Notes: generated from the letters alone by a model not told the origin. DNA of 61,792 bases from Candidatus Woesearchaeota archaeon (GCA_023265685.1 JAHFSP010000005.1:1-61792), one strand, 5' to 3'. Positions 38,688-49,338 are shown, counted from the first letter of the stretch. A program made the numbers and translations.

Positions 38688-40106
38688 ATGTGTGGAATAT
38701 TTGGTGCTTGGGGAGTTGAAAACGCAGCTGTTGCTACATTTTTAGGTCTCCATTCTCTTCAACATCGAGGACAAGAAAGTGTCGGAATAGGAACTCTTAA
38801 TGGCACAATTGAAGTCGCACGAGGATTGGGTATTTTATCGGCAGATGCAATTTCTTTAGAACAACTAACAAAGCTAAAAGGTGACAAATCTGTCGGACAA
38901 GTGCGTTATAGTACACAAGGCGACCCCAATATTCAAGAAGCCCAACCATTTGAATTTAGAAACCCTCACAATGGTCACCACATTGCTTACGTCCATAATG
39001 GTCAGTTAAATGGAAATAACGGATGGCAGACCACTCGCTCCGACTCAGAGCGATTTGGCCATGCATTTGCGCAGAGTTCAGGATCATTAGAAGAACGAGT
39101 TTTTGGAATGCTCTCAAAACTATCATCTCAAGGAAGTTATGCTCTCTGTATGCTTACGCACGATCCAAAAGAAGGCGATGCATTAATTGTTGCAAAAGAT
39201 CCCCATGGAAACCGACCTTTAGTTATGGGAAAAACACAACAGGGAGGATATGTTTTTGCTTCAGAGGATTGTGCTTTACAATCAGTACGCATCGGTTTGA
39301 GAATGCAATTTGAATTTCAGCGCGAGCTTGCTCAAGGAGAAGTAATAATTATCACTAAAGATGGCATGAAAACATATGGTCCTGACCTTCTCCCCAAGCC
39401 AATCAAACCTTCAACCCCATTACCCTGTTTTTTTGAAGCAGTCTACTTCGCTCGTCCTGACAGCCATATTTTCGGACACTCCGTTCATGCTATACGACAA
39501 AATTTAGGAAGACAGCTCGCTATCGAAGCACCTGTTAATGCCGACATTATTGTTCCTGTTCCCGATTCTGCTCAATATATTGCAGAAGGATACGCACGCC
39601 AAAGTGGAATTCAATTTGAAAAAGCGATTACCAGAAGCCATTACATTGGAAGAACATTTATTGATCCAGCAAGACTCATTAAGGTTGGAGATTTTGCCGA
39701 TTCTCGTCTTCTGTCAATAGTTCGAAAATTCGGATTTGTAGAAGAATTAATTCATGATCAACGTATCGTGCTTGTTGACGATTCAATTGTACGTGGAAAT
39801 ACCATGCGCTCCCTTGTAAAAACCCTCTATGAATTAGGTGCAAAAGAAGTTCATTTACGTATAGGTTCACCCCCTACGACAAACTCTTGTTATTTTGGAA
39901 TCAACACGCCAACGACGCAAGAATTAATTGCCAACGGACGTAATGTAGAACAAATAATGCAATTACTCGATTATGAAGCAACTTGCCACCCTACAAGTCT
40001 TCAATTTCTAAGCTATGAAGGAACAATGGCGCAAATCCCATACGCGAAAAATGGCGTATGTGATGCCTGTGTAACAGGAGATTATAAAATGCCTCAAGGA
40101 AAGTAA
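38688..40106 (+). CDS. purF: Amidophosphoribosyltransferase
   Basis: MCGIFG, LQHRGQESVG, VRYST, HNG, CFFE.VYFARPDS, PVPDS, LVDDSIVRGNT, CYFGI, CDAC.TGDY. Confidence 0.96.
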   Translation: MCGIFGAWGVENAAVATFLGLHSLQHRGQESVGIGTLNGTIEVARGLGILSADAISLEQLTKLKGDKSVGQVRYSTQGDPNIQEAQPFEFRNPHNGHHIAYVHNGQLNGNNGWQTTRSDSERFGHAFAQSSGSLEERVFGMLSKLSSQGSYALCMLTHDPKEGDALIVAKDPHGNRPLVMGKTQQGGYVFASEDCALQSVRIGLRMQFEFQRELAQGEVIIITKDGMKTYGPDLLPKPIKPSTPLPCFFEAVYFARPDSHIFGHSVHAIRQNLGRQLAIEAPVNADIIVPVPDSAQYIAEGYARQSGIQFEKAITRSHYIGRTFIDPARLIKVGDFADSRLLSIVRKFGFVEELIHDQRIVLVDDSIVRGNTMRSLVKTLYELGAKEVHLRIGSPPTTNSCYFGINTPTTQELIANGRNVEQIMQLLDYEATCHPTSLQFLSYEGTMAQIPYAKNGVCDACVTGDYKMPQGK

Positions 40107-40171
40107 CCGAGTACTACAGTAATCTACCCCTCATTTAGAAGCCAATAATTTCTCAAACCTCCCCCCCCAAC

Positions 40172-41008
40172 TCATTGGCCAAAATGATACCCTATCACTT
40201 CTTGTACGCGATCATTCCCAGGAACAATTTCAACTTTAGAGAGAAAATAACACAACTCTCCTCCAGATCGTACTCCCTCTACACAAACATAGGGAATATG
40301 TAAAGAAGACACATCAGCTATAATAGAATGAGAACCAGAAGCATACTCAAGACGAGAAAACCAACGCGGATCAAAATCGATCCCATCCATCAAAACCTGC
40401 TTTCCCCTCAATTTACCAACCAGTTTTTGTGAGTATGATTCTCCCATCAATGATAAAAACGCATTAGGGCGTCCCACATCGGGATCACAAATGCCCATCT
40501 CCCCAAGAGATACAACTATTGGACTCTGTCGAACACCCATCTCTTCTCCCGCCGTACGTACATGAAAATCTATAAATGAGTTGGAAGTAACAGGACCTTC
40601 GTCTTCTCTATCTTGATAGTGATGTAAAACCGCAATAGGCTGATCACGAAACTCATGAAAATATCCCACTAAAGCACGTACATTTCTGTCTACTTTTGGA
40701 TCATAGTTTAATCCATACGCGCAAAATAGTACATCTTGAACAATATCTCCTGTTGTACCCCCATTCACTATCTCTGCACGACGAGCATTAAATTCTTTCA
40801 TCAACGCATCATACACTTCCCTTTCCCGCTTATCAGTAGCTTGTGCCATAACATCCAACTGATCAAGACGCAATTGTAATTGAAGCGGTTGAGCAAGAGT
40901 TTTCAATGGATCATAAAGAAGTTCGACAGCTTTACGATCGGCAAACGCTGAAGTTCTTTGATACATATCTCGCAGTTCATAACATCTATCAAGAGAAACT
41001 AATTCCAT
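40172..41008 (-). CDS. Hypothetical protein
   Basis: ORF of about 278 aa with upstream TTTAAA box; no recognised motif. Confidence 0.65.
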   Translation of the reverse strand: MELVSLDRCYELRDMYQRTSAFADRKAVELLYDPLKTLAQPLQLQLRLDQLDVMAQATDKREREVYDALMKEFNARRAEIVNGGTTGDIVQDVLFCAYGLNYDPKVDRNVRALVGYFHEFRDQPIAVLHHYQDREDEGPVTSNSFIDFHVRTAGEEMGVRQSPIVVSLGEMGICDPDVGRPNAFLSLMGESYSQKLVGKLRGKQVLMDGIDFDPRWFSRLEYASGSHSIIADVSSLHIPYVCVEGVRSGGELCYFLSKVEIVPGNDRVQEVIGYHFGQ

Positions 41009-41161
41009 TTTTAACCTTAATATTATCACGATAAAGACCTCTTTAAAAAACTTATGAGAAAAAGAGGAATTGGGTAATAAAAGTTAGAATAAAAACTTAC
41101 CACTGGACGCACTGGTCAACTCCCAGAACGGTATATAAACCACCCCCACCCTCATAATTCC

Positions 41162-41323
41162 ATGAAAAACGTTACGAAAAACGAGGTGATATCAATGGTC
41201 GACTTAACGACGAAAACCATTCGAAACTTGTTTGAGAAACAAGTACAAGATTTGACCTTTCGCACGCGCATGCACAAAGAAGATTCATTTGATGTACAAT
41301 TTAATGGAGGCTGGTTACGATGA
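41162..41323 (+). CDS. Small protein (53 aa, or 42 aa from ATG 41195)
   Basis: TATATAAA box at about 41132; GAGGTGA SD before ATG 41195; MVDLTTKTIRNLFEKQVQDLTFRTRMHKEDSFDVQFNGGWLR. Confidence 0.55.
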   Translation: MKNVTKNEVISMVDLTTKTIRNLFEKQVQDLTFRTRMHKEDSFDVQFNGGWLR

Positions 41324-41427
41324 GTATGAAAGAACGAATTTTAGAACTACAACGCAAATACGAGGTTGATCCCATGGAAACACAAACCTATATCGATGAT
41401 TTTGAGTATGAACCAATAGCGTGTTAA
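41320..41427 (+). CDS. Small acidic protein (35 aa)
   Basis: GGAGG SD; ATGA overlap with the preceding ORF; MSMKERILELQRKYEVDPMETQTYIDDFEYEPIAC. Confidence 0.55.
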   Translation: MSMKERILELQRKYEVDPMETQTYIDDFEYEPIAC

Positions 41428-41617
41428 ATATTGCTAAAAGAAATCTAATCAAAATTATTTTTGATTTATATTATTTTTGATTTGCTTCTATTGATTTTTA
41501 GAAATGGTCAACAATATTAATCTTAGTAAGATCTCCAACCACCGCAAATTAGGAAGTAGAAGAAGCAAGTACACTCTCCAAAATATCCAGTGTTTACCAA
41601 TTCACCATTGGTCATTG

Positions 41618-41661
41618 ACCAGACATACACCAGACATACACCAGACATACACCAGACATAC
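41618..41661. repeat. Perfect tandem repeat (ACCAGACATAC)x4
   Basis: Four exact 11-bp units read directly from the sequence. Confidence 0.95.
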
Positions 41662-41680
41662 TCTTGACAATCAAAAAAGA

Positions 41681-44023
41681 TCACCGACGTATTTGTGCAA
41701 CAGCTTGAGGATTTAATTGTATATGTTGTAGATTTTGACCAACATCATGTAACCTATCACTAACCTGAATAATATGTCCCACTGGATCTTCTCCTGGATG
41801 ATTATGAGCCACTTCTTCTTCTTTGATTAAGCCAACCCTGTTCCAATCAATTATGGACCTAATATTTTGCGCTACTAAAGGGCACACCTGAGTCCCACTA
41901 ATAAGATTAGCAATAGCATTACCACAAATCCCTGCAGCATCAGCGTGACGACCGCGATAAGAGGGAGTATTGAATAAATCCATACATTGAGGACTATAAT
42001 CGTATCCATATTGCTCGTGGCCCCTTCCATAACGATGTAAAAATTCGTGACTAAGCAAGGAATTCATCCCTCCCCCATAGCCGTATCGAGTAGTAGGTCC
42101 TGTAAGAAACCATCGTTGAATCGCATCCGAAGATCTTCCCTGCATAAAATCAACATTTACACCTATAAATGCAAATGCATTTTGACCACGAGGATGATCA
42201 GGGTTAGATGTAGGTTGAACATATCGATTACAAAATTGATTACTTTCATCAATTATTGGCCAACTTACCCCTGCAGAATGAACCCTACTAAACCAAAAGA
42301 ACGCTTCAGGGAAATAGGTATTATGGTCAGCATACCACTGACGAATAAAATCATTCTCAGTTCCTCCACGATATTGATCGGGAAACCGGGCATGATATAT
42401 ATTTCTCACCTGATAACCATAATTTTGATTAGGTGTTTGTGAACAAAGATACATACTTGCCCTATTAAACGTTTCACGAATAACCGAATCAGGCACATCA
42501 ATAAAAGTAGTATCAATAAAAACATCAGCAGTAATCAAATGCTCATAACGGCACAACACCGGTTGAAAACGACCACCACGACATACAGCATTCGCCCCTT
42601 CTCCTCCAACAACATCATATTCCCCTACTGAAGAAACAAATTCAGACGGAGTAAAAGAATCAAGTATTCCATTAACGGTATTACTCCCCCACGTAGCAAC
42701 GTCTGCTTGCGGCTCCATACTATGATATGGACCACATCCTAACCAATTACTATTATAACATGCCAAATTTGACACAATTTGACCAGTGTCATAGCAAGTA
42801 CCATCTAACGCAACACACTGATCTTGTTTTTGACAAACTCCATGACGAGCAGCAGGAACTGTACGAAGTTCACCAGGACCGTAACTTTGAGTTTTGATAA
42901 GCCAGTTATTCCCAGCACCACATTTTAATGGACTATTAGGAAGATAAAATTGACCAACATCACGACAAATATAAGTACCTGCCCCCATATCTACCAAACA
43001 CTGGTTTTGTCGTGCGCAAACACCCTCTTGCAGAGCTGAGACTCCAGGCATAACGCTTCGTACAGCATACCCCCAATTATGGTTAGCACTACATGTTAAA
43101 CCGTTTATGAGGGTATTAAGGGGTTGACATCCATTTACCGTATCAACACACATCGCTTGTTGAGGACACGCTGCCTTGTGAAGAGATGGAAGACCGATAT
43201 TTTCTCCAGGAAAATAACTTTGAATGGCATACGCCCAATTATGATCAGAACCACAAATATACCCACGCTCTACCGTCCCAAGATTTAAACATACCTGAAC
43301 ACTATTAACACACTGATTAGCCTGTTGACAAATTCCCTTTCGACCAGCAGGAGCCGTACGATCCTCATCAGGAACATAACTTTGAATGGCATATCCCCAA
43401 TTATTGTCAAATCCACACGTTAAACCACTCACGACAGTTCCAGCTGCAACACAGGTTCCATCTAACTTGAGACATTGATTAGATCCACGACCCTGAGCTG
43501 GCGGACAAAAACCATGTCGAGCAGCAGGTCTATTTCGATCCTCATTAGGAACATAACTCGCTATCGCATAGCCCCAAGTATGATTAGGACCGCAAGTTAA
43601 TTGACCATTGAGAGTTCCTTGTACAACACACTCTCCGTTAAAACGAACACACATATCTCGCTGTTGACACACACCTTGATTTACGGCACCATTAGAGAAA
43701 GTACTTGTCGTCGCATACCCCCAATTATTGTCAGAACCGCAAGTTAAACCACTTGCAACAGTACCAACAGCAACACATGTTCCATCAGCAGCAACACACA
43801 TAGTTTGTTGAGGACACATTCTCATTATCGTCACTATTTGTCCCTGTTCATCAGGAGCCTGACTTGTCACCTCATACCCACCTTGAACCTGTCGAAACGC
43901 ATTGCCCGTCACACTAGCAGAGAACGAAAAAGAATTATGATCAACATAAAACGCACCCAATACCAACGCCATCAATACGATAACAATATATGGAAGAGTA
44001 TGGCGCACCAAAAAAGTAAGCAA
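41681..44023 (-). CDS. Secreted Cys-rich repeat protein with C-terminal zinc metalloprotease motif
   Basis: N-terminal TM; about 7 repeats of about 50 aa C.Q...C...DG.C...GT...GLTCG..NNWGYA; HEFLHRYGRGH (HExxHxxGxxH). Confidence 0.82.
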   Translation of the reverse strand: MLTFLVRHTLPYIVIVLMALVLGAFYVDHNSFSFSASVTGNAFRQVQGGYEVTSQAPDEQGQIVTIMRMCPQQTMCVAADGTCVAVGTVASGLTCGSDNNWGYATTSTFSNGAVNQGVCQQRDMCVRFNGECVVQGTLNGQLTCGPNHTWGYAIASYVPNEDRNRPAARHGFCPPAQGRGSNQCLKLDGTCVAAGTVVSGLTCGFDNNWGYAIQSYVPDEDRTAPAGRKGICQQANQCVNSVQVCLNLGTVERGYICGSDHNWAYAIQSYFPGENIGLPSLHKAACPQQAMCVDTVNGCQPLNTLINGLTCSANHNWGYAVRSVMPGVSALQEGVCARQNQCLVDMGAGTYICRDVGQFYLPNSPLKCGAGNNWLIKTQSYGPGELRTVPAARHGVCQKQDQCVALDGTCYDTGQIVSNLACYNSNWLGCGPYHSMEPQADVATWGSNTVNGILDSFTPSEFVSSVGEYDVVGGEGANAVCRGGRFQPVLCRYEHLITADVFIDTTFIDVPDSVIRETFNRASMYLCSQTPNQNYGYQVRNIYHARFPDQYRGGTENDFIRQWYADHNTYFPEAFFWFSRVHSAGVSWPIIDESNQFCNRYVQPTSNPDHPRGQNAFAFIGVNVDFMQGRSSDAIQRWFLTGPTTRYGYGGGMNSLLSHEFLHRYGRGHEQYGYDYSPQCMDLFNTPSYRGRHADAAGICGNAIANLISGTQVCPLVAQNIRSIIDWNRVGLIKEEEVAHNHPGEDPVGHIIQVSDRLHDVGQNLQHIQLNPQAVAQIRR

Positions 44024-44152
44024 TTCAACATATAAAAAAGATTGGCAACACTACAAAGTAACAAAACCTACTCCCTCAAAAAACCATCGCCTCAAGCATG
44101 CTGCCCGTCATTTGCCGAAAGACTTTAAAGTAGCCCTCCCCTCCACTTTGCA

Positions 44153-44719
44153 ATGGAGATTATAACCCCTACAGAGTTTAAAAAACAAGAAGAAAAATTC
44201 TGTGAAAAAATAACCAAAGGTGCCATATTCATTTATCCTACTGACACCATCTATGGCATCGGTTGCAACGCCCATAACGCTACCTCCATAAACCTTATTC
44301 GTAAACTCAAACAGCGCCCCACACAACCTTTTTCTATCTGTGTTCCATCCAAAATCTGGATTAAACAACATTGTACCATCGATAAAAAAATTCAACAAGC
44401 AATCAACAAACTTCCTGGCCCTTATACTCTTCTCCTCCAACTTAAAAACAAAAAAGCCATCGCCAGTAATGTTAATGGCAACCTAGAAACCGTTGGCGTA
44501 CGAATCACAAAACACTGGTTTCAGAGATATATCTTTAAAATGGATTTGCCCATCGTCACAACGTCAGTAAATAAACATGGCCAACCATTCATGACCTCAT
44601 TAGGAAATCTCAATCCAAATTTTGAACGGAATGTCGAGTTCTGTATCTACGAAGGACCAAAAGACGGTCGACCCTCAACAATTATAGACCCGCAAAAAGA
44701 AGAATACAAAGAAAGGTAG
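44153..44719 (+). CDS. tsaC: Threonylcarbamoyl-AMP synthase (Sua5/YrdC/TsaC)
   Basis: YPTDTIYGIGC, KQRP..P, LPGPYT, VGVR, TTSVN, PSTIID. Confidence 0.93.
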   Translation: MEIITPTEFKKQEEKFCEKITKGAIFIYPTDTIYGIGCNAHNATSINLIRKLKQRPTQPFSICVPSKIWIKQHCTIDKKIQQAINKLPGPYTLLLQLKNKKAIASNVNGNLETVGVRITKHWFQRYIFKMDLPIVTTSVNKHGQPFMTSLGNLNPNFERNVEFCIYEGPKDGRPSTIIDPQKEEYKER

Positions 44720-44750
44720 AAAAAAAGAAAACAAAAATCTAAATCAACTT

Positions 44751-45152
44751 CTAAACCCATACCGCCAAAATCACACCACTAATCAATAAGCACACTAAAT
44801 AATAGCCAGTATTAAGCACATAAAGTGAAAACGGTTTATTTTCCCATAAAACACTACCAAAAGCAACAGTTGCAATAAATCCAAGCCAACCAATCACTCC
44901 AATAAACATACCTTCAAGTGCTGTCGTTGCACCAGCATAACGAACCAAGTGAGCAAGAATAAACGTCATCAATAAAGCAGTCACTAAACCTCCAAAATAT
45001 CGCAGACCCATATTTGACTTATCCATTTTTTTAGGATCAATTTTCATTAAACGAACCCATTGCTTACCAAATAATGGACCGTACCATAAAGCACCTAACA
45101 CATACTGGATCAAACCAGCAACCACAATTGCAACATAATTCAATGTAACCAT
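44751..45152 (-). CDS. DUF1761 membrane protein
   Basis: NYVAIVVA....LGALWYGPLFGKQW, WLGF, WE.KP...Y..N.GY. Confidence 0.9.
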   Translation of the reverse strand: MVTLNYVAIVVAGLIQYVLGALWYGPLFGKQWVRLMKIDPKKMDKSNMGLRYFGGLVTALLMTFILAHLVRYAGATTALEGMFIGVIGWLGFIATVAFGSVLWENKPFSLYVLNTGYYLVCLLISGVILAVWV

Positions 45153-45240
45153 ACGAACACCTCTAACCTAACCAATAAAAGAGAGTTTAAATAATTACCC
45201 ATTAACAAAAACACGATTTAACAAAAACGTACAACAAGAC

Positions 45241-46284
45241 TTACTTCACTAACACAACCTTCTCCCCATCAACCAAAATAGTTGGATTCTTAAAAACCTG
45301 CGGCAAGTATAAAGGCAACGTTCCTTTTCGACCCCGCACGCACAACTCAATAGAAGCAGTTCCTAAAACTAAATGATCCAGAGTACGTGATCCAATTAAA
45401 AGAGAATGAGGATTCAAACCAACACCTATCCCTGCAACCAAACCCACCATTTCCAAATCATACCCCCTCTCCCCTAACCGTTCCATCATTTCTTCAAAAA
45501 CACCAGCATGCTTACCTTCCCAAGAAACAATTTTTCCATCAACAACTAACAGTGTGACTGGCTCATCGAGTAAAATACTTTGAGAATCAGTTGCAATACT
45601 TCCATCAACTACCACCGTTCCATTCGCCATTATTTTCTCAGAAAAACGTAAATACAATATACCAGGAGGAATATCGCCCCCATGCCCCCTTGTAAGATAT
45701 TCACCACATTCTAGAACCGACCCTCTACCCTCAATACTAACAGTTAAATCAGTTCCCGCTGTAGTTTTAAATCGTAACTCCTTCGCTTTATCCAATTTCT
45801 TCTTAAGAACAGCTGCCTGCTTACGCATCCGCTCTGAACTCACAAACATCGACTCCCATAAAAGACCACAATGATTTAATGAAATTTGATTTAAACCAGT
45901 CGTCAGAATAAAACGATGTCCCTGCCGTTCACAAAATATCTCAAAACCAATCAAAGAAGAAAAACGACCCACACAATCAGAAACAGCAACAATAATGATA
46001 CTATTTTTCTCCAACATTTCTAACGCTTTCACAACATGAGCATCCATAAACATAAATTCTTTTTTAAGCTCCTGAAACAAACAAGTCACATGTAAATCAT
46101 TCTTACGAGCACCTAAGTAATATCCATAGGCGACCATCGCTGACAACTGCTTTTCACCAACCCCATAATCACTAATTATCAAAACCTGTTCCTTGCGCAA
46201 ATGCACTGCATGTTTGAGCAATTTATAGAAACGAGATGCTTCTTTATCTACTTTAGCACGAAGAGCATCAGAAAGACCGAACAT
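45241..46284 (-). CDS. Peptidase M29 (aminopeptidase T)-like protein, metal ligands degenerate
   Basis: T.AGTDL.VSI, ANGTVVVDGS, PVTL.V.DG.I, GVGLNP, VF.NPTI.VDG. Confidence 0.75.
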   Translation of the reverse strand: MFGLSDALRAKVDKEASRFYKLLKHAVHLRKEQVLIISDYGVGEKQLSAMVAYGYYLGARKNDLHVTCLFQELKKEFMFMDAHVVKALEMLEKNSIIIVAVSDCVGRFSSLIGFEIFCERQGHRFILTTGLNQISLNHCGLLWESMFVSSERMRKQAAVLKKKLDKAKELRFKTTAGTDLTVSIEGRGSVLECGEYLTRGHGGDIPPGILYLRFSEKIMANGTVVVDGSIATDSQSILLDEPVTLLVVDGKIVSWEGKHAGVFEEMMERLGERGYDLEMVGLVAGIGVGLNPHSLLIGSRTLDHLVLGTASIELCVRGRKGTLPLYLPQVFKNPTILVDGEKVVLVK

Positions 46285-46334
46285 TACCTAAAGACCACTT
46301 GCCCACTTAAAAAGATTGTGTAGATCAAGAGCAG

Positions 46335-47099
46335 TTACTGGTCCTGAATTATAACTATTGCACCACCTAGAAGGGTCGTTTCACTTCCTCTATCACCAAT
46401 AACATAACCCCATGGATTAAGGAGTGCAGAAGCATTATCATCATACATCCAATCTCCTCCTCGATTAATTCGTCGTAAATGAAATCGCGCATGAGGATAC
46501 GTAATAACTCTATCGCATTGAATATATTCCTGTTTTTCCAACACGCTAACTACTCCCTCTAATGAAGTATAAACTGGTTCTGAAACAGTAGCTTGTGAAA
46601 CGTAGCCCCAATGACCATCTTTAGTATTATAAATTGTAAGAGCATGTGCAACTAAGCCCTCTTGTATTGGTTGCACATACGTAAGAAAAACGTCACCAAT
46701 AAAATCCATGTTAAATAAAAATGGAATCGGAAGAACCGCATACTCATCACAAACACCATATCCCCTGTTAGTTGTCCCTAAAGGACTCCCATATGAAATA
46801 TCTAACAAAGCAACCTTAAAACGAGCACTCAAAACATGTGGGTAAGAAATACCACTTCCAGCAAGGAATTTTCTATATCCCTCTAAGTCATGAACACTTG
46901 CAACCATACTATCAAAATCTTCCGGAGAAAAAATATGGGTTGGTTCAATAATATTATCCTGAGCAGGAACGGGAGGTAATTTTTCTACATTACATTGAAG
47001 AGGGTTTTGAACAGACCACTGTCCTCCATACGGCCAAGCACGAGCCGATCCACAGCCCACCAGAAGAGATAAGAGTGTAACGCCAGCAATGTGTCGCAT
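46335..47099 (-). CDS. Putative lipoprotein with transglutaminase-like Cys/His motif
   Basis: LLVGC lipobox-like; RGYGVCDEYA and AHA motifs. Confidence 0.6.
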   Translation of the reverse strand: MRHIAGVTLLSLLVGCGSARAWPYGGQWSVQNPLQCNVEKLPPVPAQDNIIEPTHIFSPEDFDSMVASVHDLEGYRKFLAGSGISYPHVLSARFKVALLDISYGSPLGTTNRGYGVCDEYAVLPIPFLFNMDFIGDVFLTYVQPIQEGLVAHALTIYNTKDGHWGYVSQATVSEPVYTSLEGVVSVLEKQEYIQCDRVITYPHARFHLRRINRGGDWMYDDNASALLNPWGYVIGDRGSETTLLGGAIVIIQDQ

Positions 47100-47196
47100 T
47101 AACAAGCAAGTACTTTTGAAGCTTATATATACTTTGATTATGGAGAATATAGAGGAATTGATTATTACTTTTCACAATTATTATTACTTCTCACAA

Positions 47197-48186
47197 TTAA
47201 GTCACTTTCCTAAACTTCGCTACGAAAAAACCTTCTGTATCGTTATCCTGTGGCCACAATCGCAACGAGTGTTTCACATCAGGATGATAGTCAACGCCTT
47301 TAAACGACATTACTGGTGCACCTAAGATCAAACCCGGTAACGTAACCGGAACGACACGCGCACTCGGCTCTGTCTTCAACAAATAATCAACCACACCTTC
47401 ATTCTCCTCAGGCTCAACCGAACAGGTTGAATACACCATCTCGCCACCCGGTTTCAAATTAGCGAACGCCGTCGTAACCAACTCCTTTTGTTGACGCGCC
47501 AGCTTAGAAATCATGTTGGCATTCCAAATCATTACCGTCTTAAGACTCTTACGAATCGTTCCTGTCCCAGAACAAGGAGCGTCTACCAAAATTTTATCAA
47601 ATACAAAACCTGCAAACCGTTTACCATGCATTAATGTAATCACACAATTTGTTAAACAACATCGCTGAACGTTAATGCCCAAAGATGCCAATCGTAATCC
47701 TTTGTAATCATTAGCAACTAAAACCCCAGTATTATTCATCATCGCCGCAAGTTGCGTCGTCTTACTACCTGGTGACGCACACATATCTAACACCAGATCA
47801 CCCTCAACCGGAACCAGCACAATTGGCGGCACCATCGACGCTGCTTCTTGAACATAAATATACCCAATTTGATGCTCCAACAGATTACCCACATCTTTAC
47901 GATCAGGATGAGTTATCCAAAACCCTTCAGGGCACCAAGGAATCTGCTCGAGAATCCACCCCTTAGCAGCTAACCTTTTCTTTACCTCAGCCACAGAACA
48001 CAAAATAGTATTGACCCGAATCGACCGTCGTAAATAAGAGAGTGAATATCTCTTAAATTCACCCCAATCCGTCAGTGCGCTATACCGCTCCACAAATTCT
48101 TTCTTAAAGACCATATCCTGTGCCGATTCAATAGGTTTGAGTACATGCGGCTTTTGCTTTGTCTTATCTTGCTTCTGTTTTTGCAT
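47197..48186 (-). CDS. RsmB/NOP2-family RNA m5C methyltransferase
   Basis: YVQEAASM, LDMCASPGSKTT, LVDAPCSGTG, VYSTCS..PEENE, EGFFVAK. Confidence 0.96.
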   Translation of the reverse strand: MQKQKQDKTKQKPHVLKPIESAQDMVFKKEFVERYSALTDWGEFKRYSLSYLRRSIRVNTILCSVAEVKKRLAAKGWILEQIPWCPEGFWITHPDRKDVGNLLEHQIGYIYVQEAASMVPPIVLVPVEGDLVLDMCASPGSKTTQLAAMMNNTGVLVANDYKGLRLASLGINVQRCCLTNCVITLMHGKRFAGFVFDKILVDAPCSGTGTIRKSLKTVMIWNANMISKLARQQKELVTTAFANLKPGGEMVYSTCSVEPEENEGVVDYLLKTEPSARVVPVTLPGLILGAPVMSFKGVDYHPDVKHSLRLWPQDNDTEGFFVAKFRKVT

Positions 48187-48321
48187 TAAAGAAGTATTAC
48201 GAGAGTGATTTAAAAAATGTCTGGAGAATACAAAGAGCAACCTATAAATACCAAAAACTCTTTCCAAAACTAAAAAGAATAAAAAGAAATCTCACAGTAC
48301 ACAAAAAGAGGTTGATGTTTC

Positions 48322-49338
48322 ATGATTAATGTTGCTATTAATGGTTTTGGCCGTATCGGCCGTATGGTTCTTCGAGCTGGCTGGAAAGATAAAAAAATCA
48401 ACTTCGTGGCAATCAATGACCCTGGCGACACCAAAATGATGGCACACCTTCTCAAATATGATTCCGTGCATGGACCATTCGCAGAAAATGTTTCCTATAC
48501 GCAAAACTCATTAATTATCGGTAAAAAGAAAATTATCGTCACTGGCGAAAAAGATCCCACCAAATTAGATTGGAAAAAACATAAAATAGATGTTGTTATC
48601 GAAAGTACAGGTAGATTTACCAAGCCGCAAGACGCACAGATCCATATCAAACAAGGTGCCAAAAAAGTTCTCATCTCAGCCCCTTGTAAATGTGAAGAAA
48701 AAGAATGGCCTAAAAACGCCGTAACTCTCGTTATGGGAGTTAATGAAAAAGACTACAAAAAAGCAACACACCAGATTATCTCTAATGCTTCGTGTACCAC
48801 CAACTGTGTTGCACCAGTACTCAAAGTAATTCAGGACTCTATTGGTATCAAACAATGTTTCTTCACCACCGTTCATGCCTATACCGCAACCGAACATCTT
48901 GTCGATGGCGCAGGTGATAAAGACATTCGCCGAACCCGAGCCGCCGGTATTAACATCATACCAACATCAAGTGGTGCTGATATTGCCGTCATTCAAACTA
49001 TTCCCTCACTGAAAAATAAAGTGCGCGGTTCAGCTTTTCGTGTTCCCGTAGTAGATGGCAGCGTAACCACATTTACCATCGAAACCAACCGCGATGTAAC
49101 GCCCCAAGATGTTAACAAACTTTTCCTTCAAGCATCAAAAGGAAAAATGAAAGGCATTCTAGAATACAGCACCGATGAACTTGTCTCAACCGACATCATC
49201 CACAACCCCCATTCAACCATCGTTGACTCCCTCCTAACCACCGTTGTCAATAAACGCATGCTTGAAGTCGTTGCCTGGTACGATAACGAGTGGGGGTACA
49301 GCTGCAGAATGGTGGACATGATTAAACATATATCTTAA
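48322..49338 (+). CDS. gap: Type I (bacterial-like) glyceraldehyde-3-phosphate dehydrogenase
   Basis: [38 protein letters not shown]. Confidence 0.97.
   Translation: MINVAINGFGRIGRMVLRAGWKDKKINFVAINDPGDTKMMAHLLKYDSVHGPFAENVSYTQNSLIIGKKKIIVTGEKDPTKLDWKKHKIDVVIESTGRFTKPQDAQIHIKQGAKKVLISAPCKCEEKEWPKNAVTLVMGVNEKDYKKATHQIISNASCTTNCVAPVLKVIQDSIGIKQCFFTTVHAYTATEHLVDGAGDKDIRRTRAAGINIIPTSSGADIAVIQTIPSLKNKVRGSAFRVPVVDGSVTTFTIETNRDVTPQDVNKLFLQASKGKMKGILEYSTDELVSTDIIHNPHSTIVDSLLTTVVNKRMLEVVAWYDNEWGYSCRMVDMIKHIS

Noticed and set aside
41618-41661. Possible CRISPR array
   Set aside because: 11-bp units are contiguous with no spacers; no cas genes.
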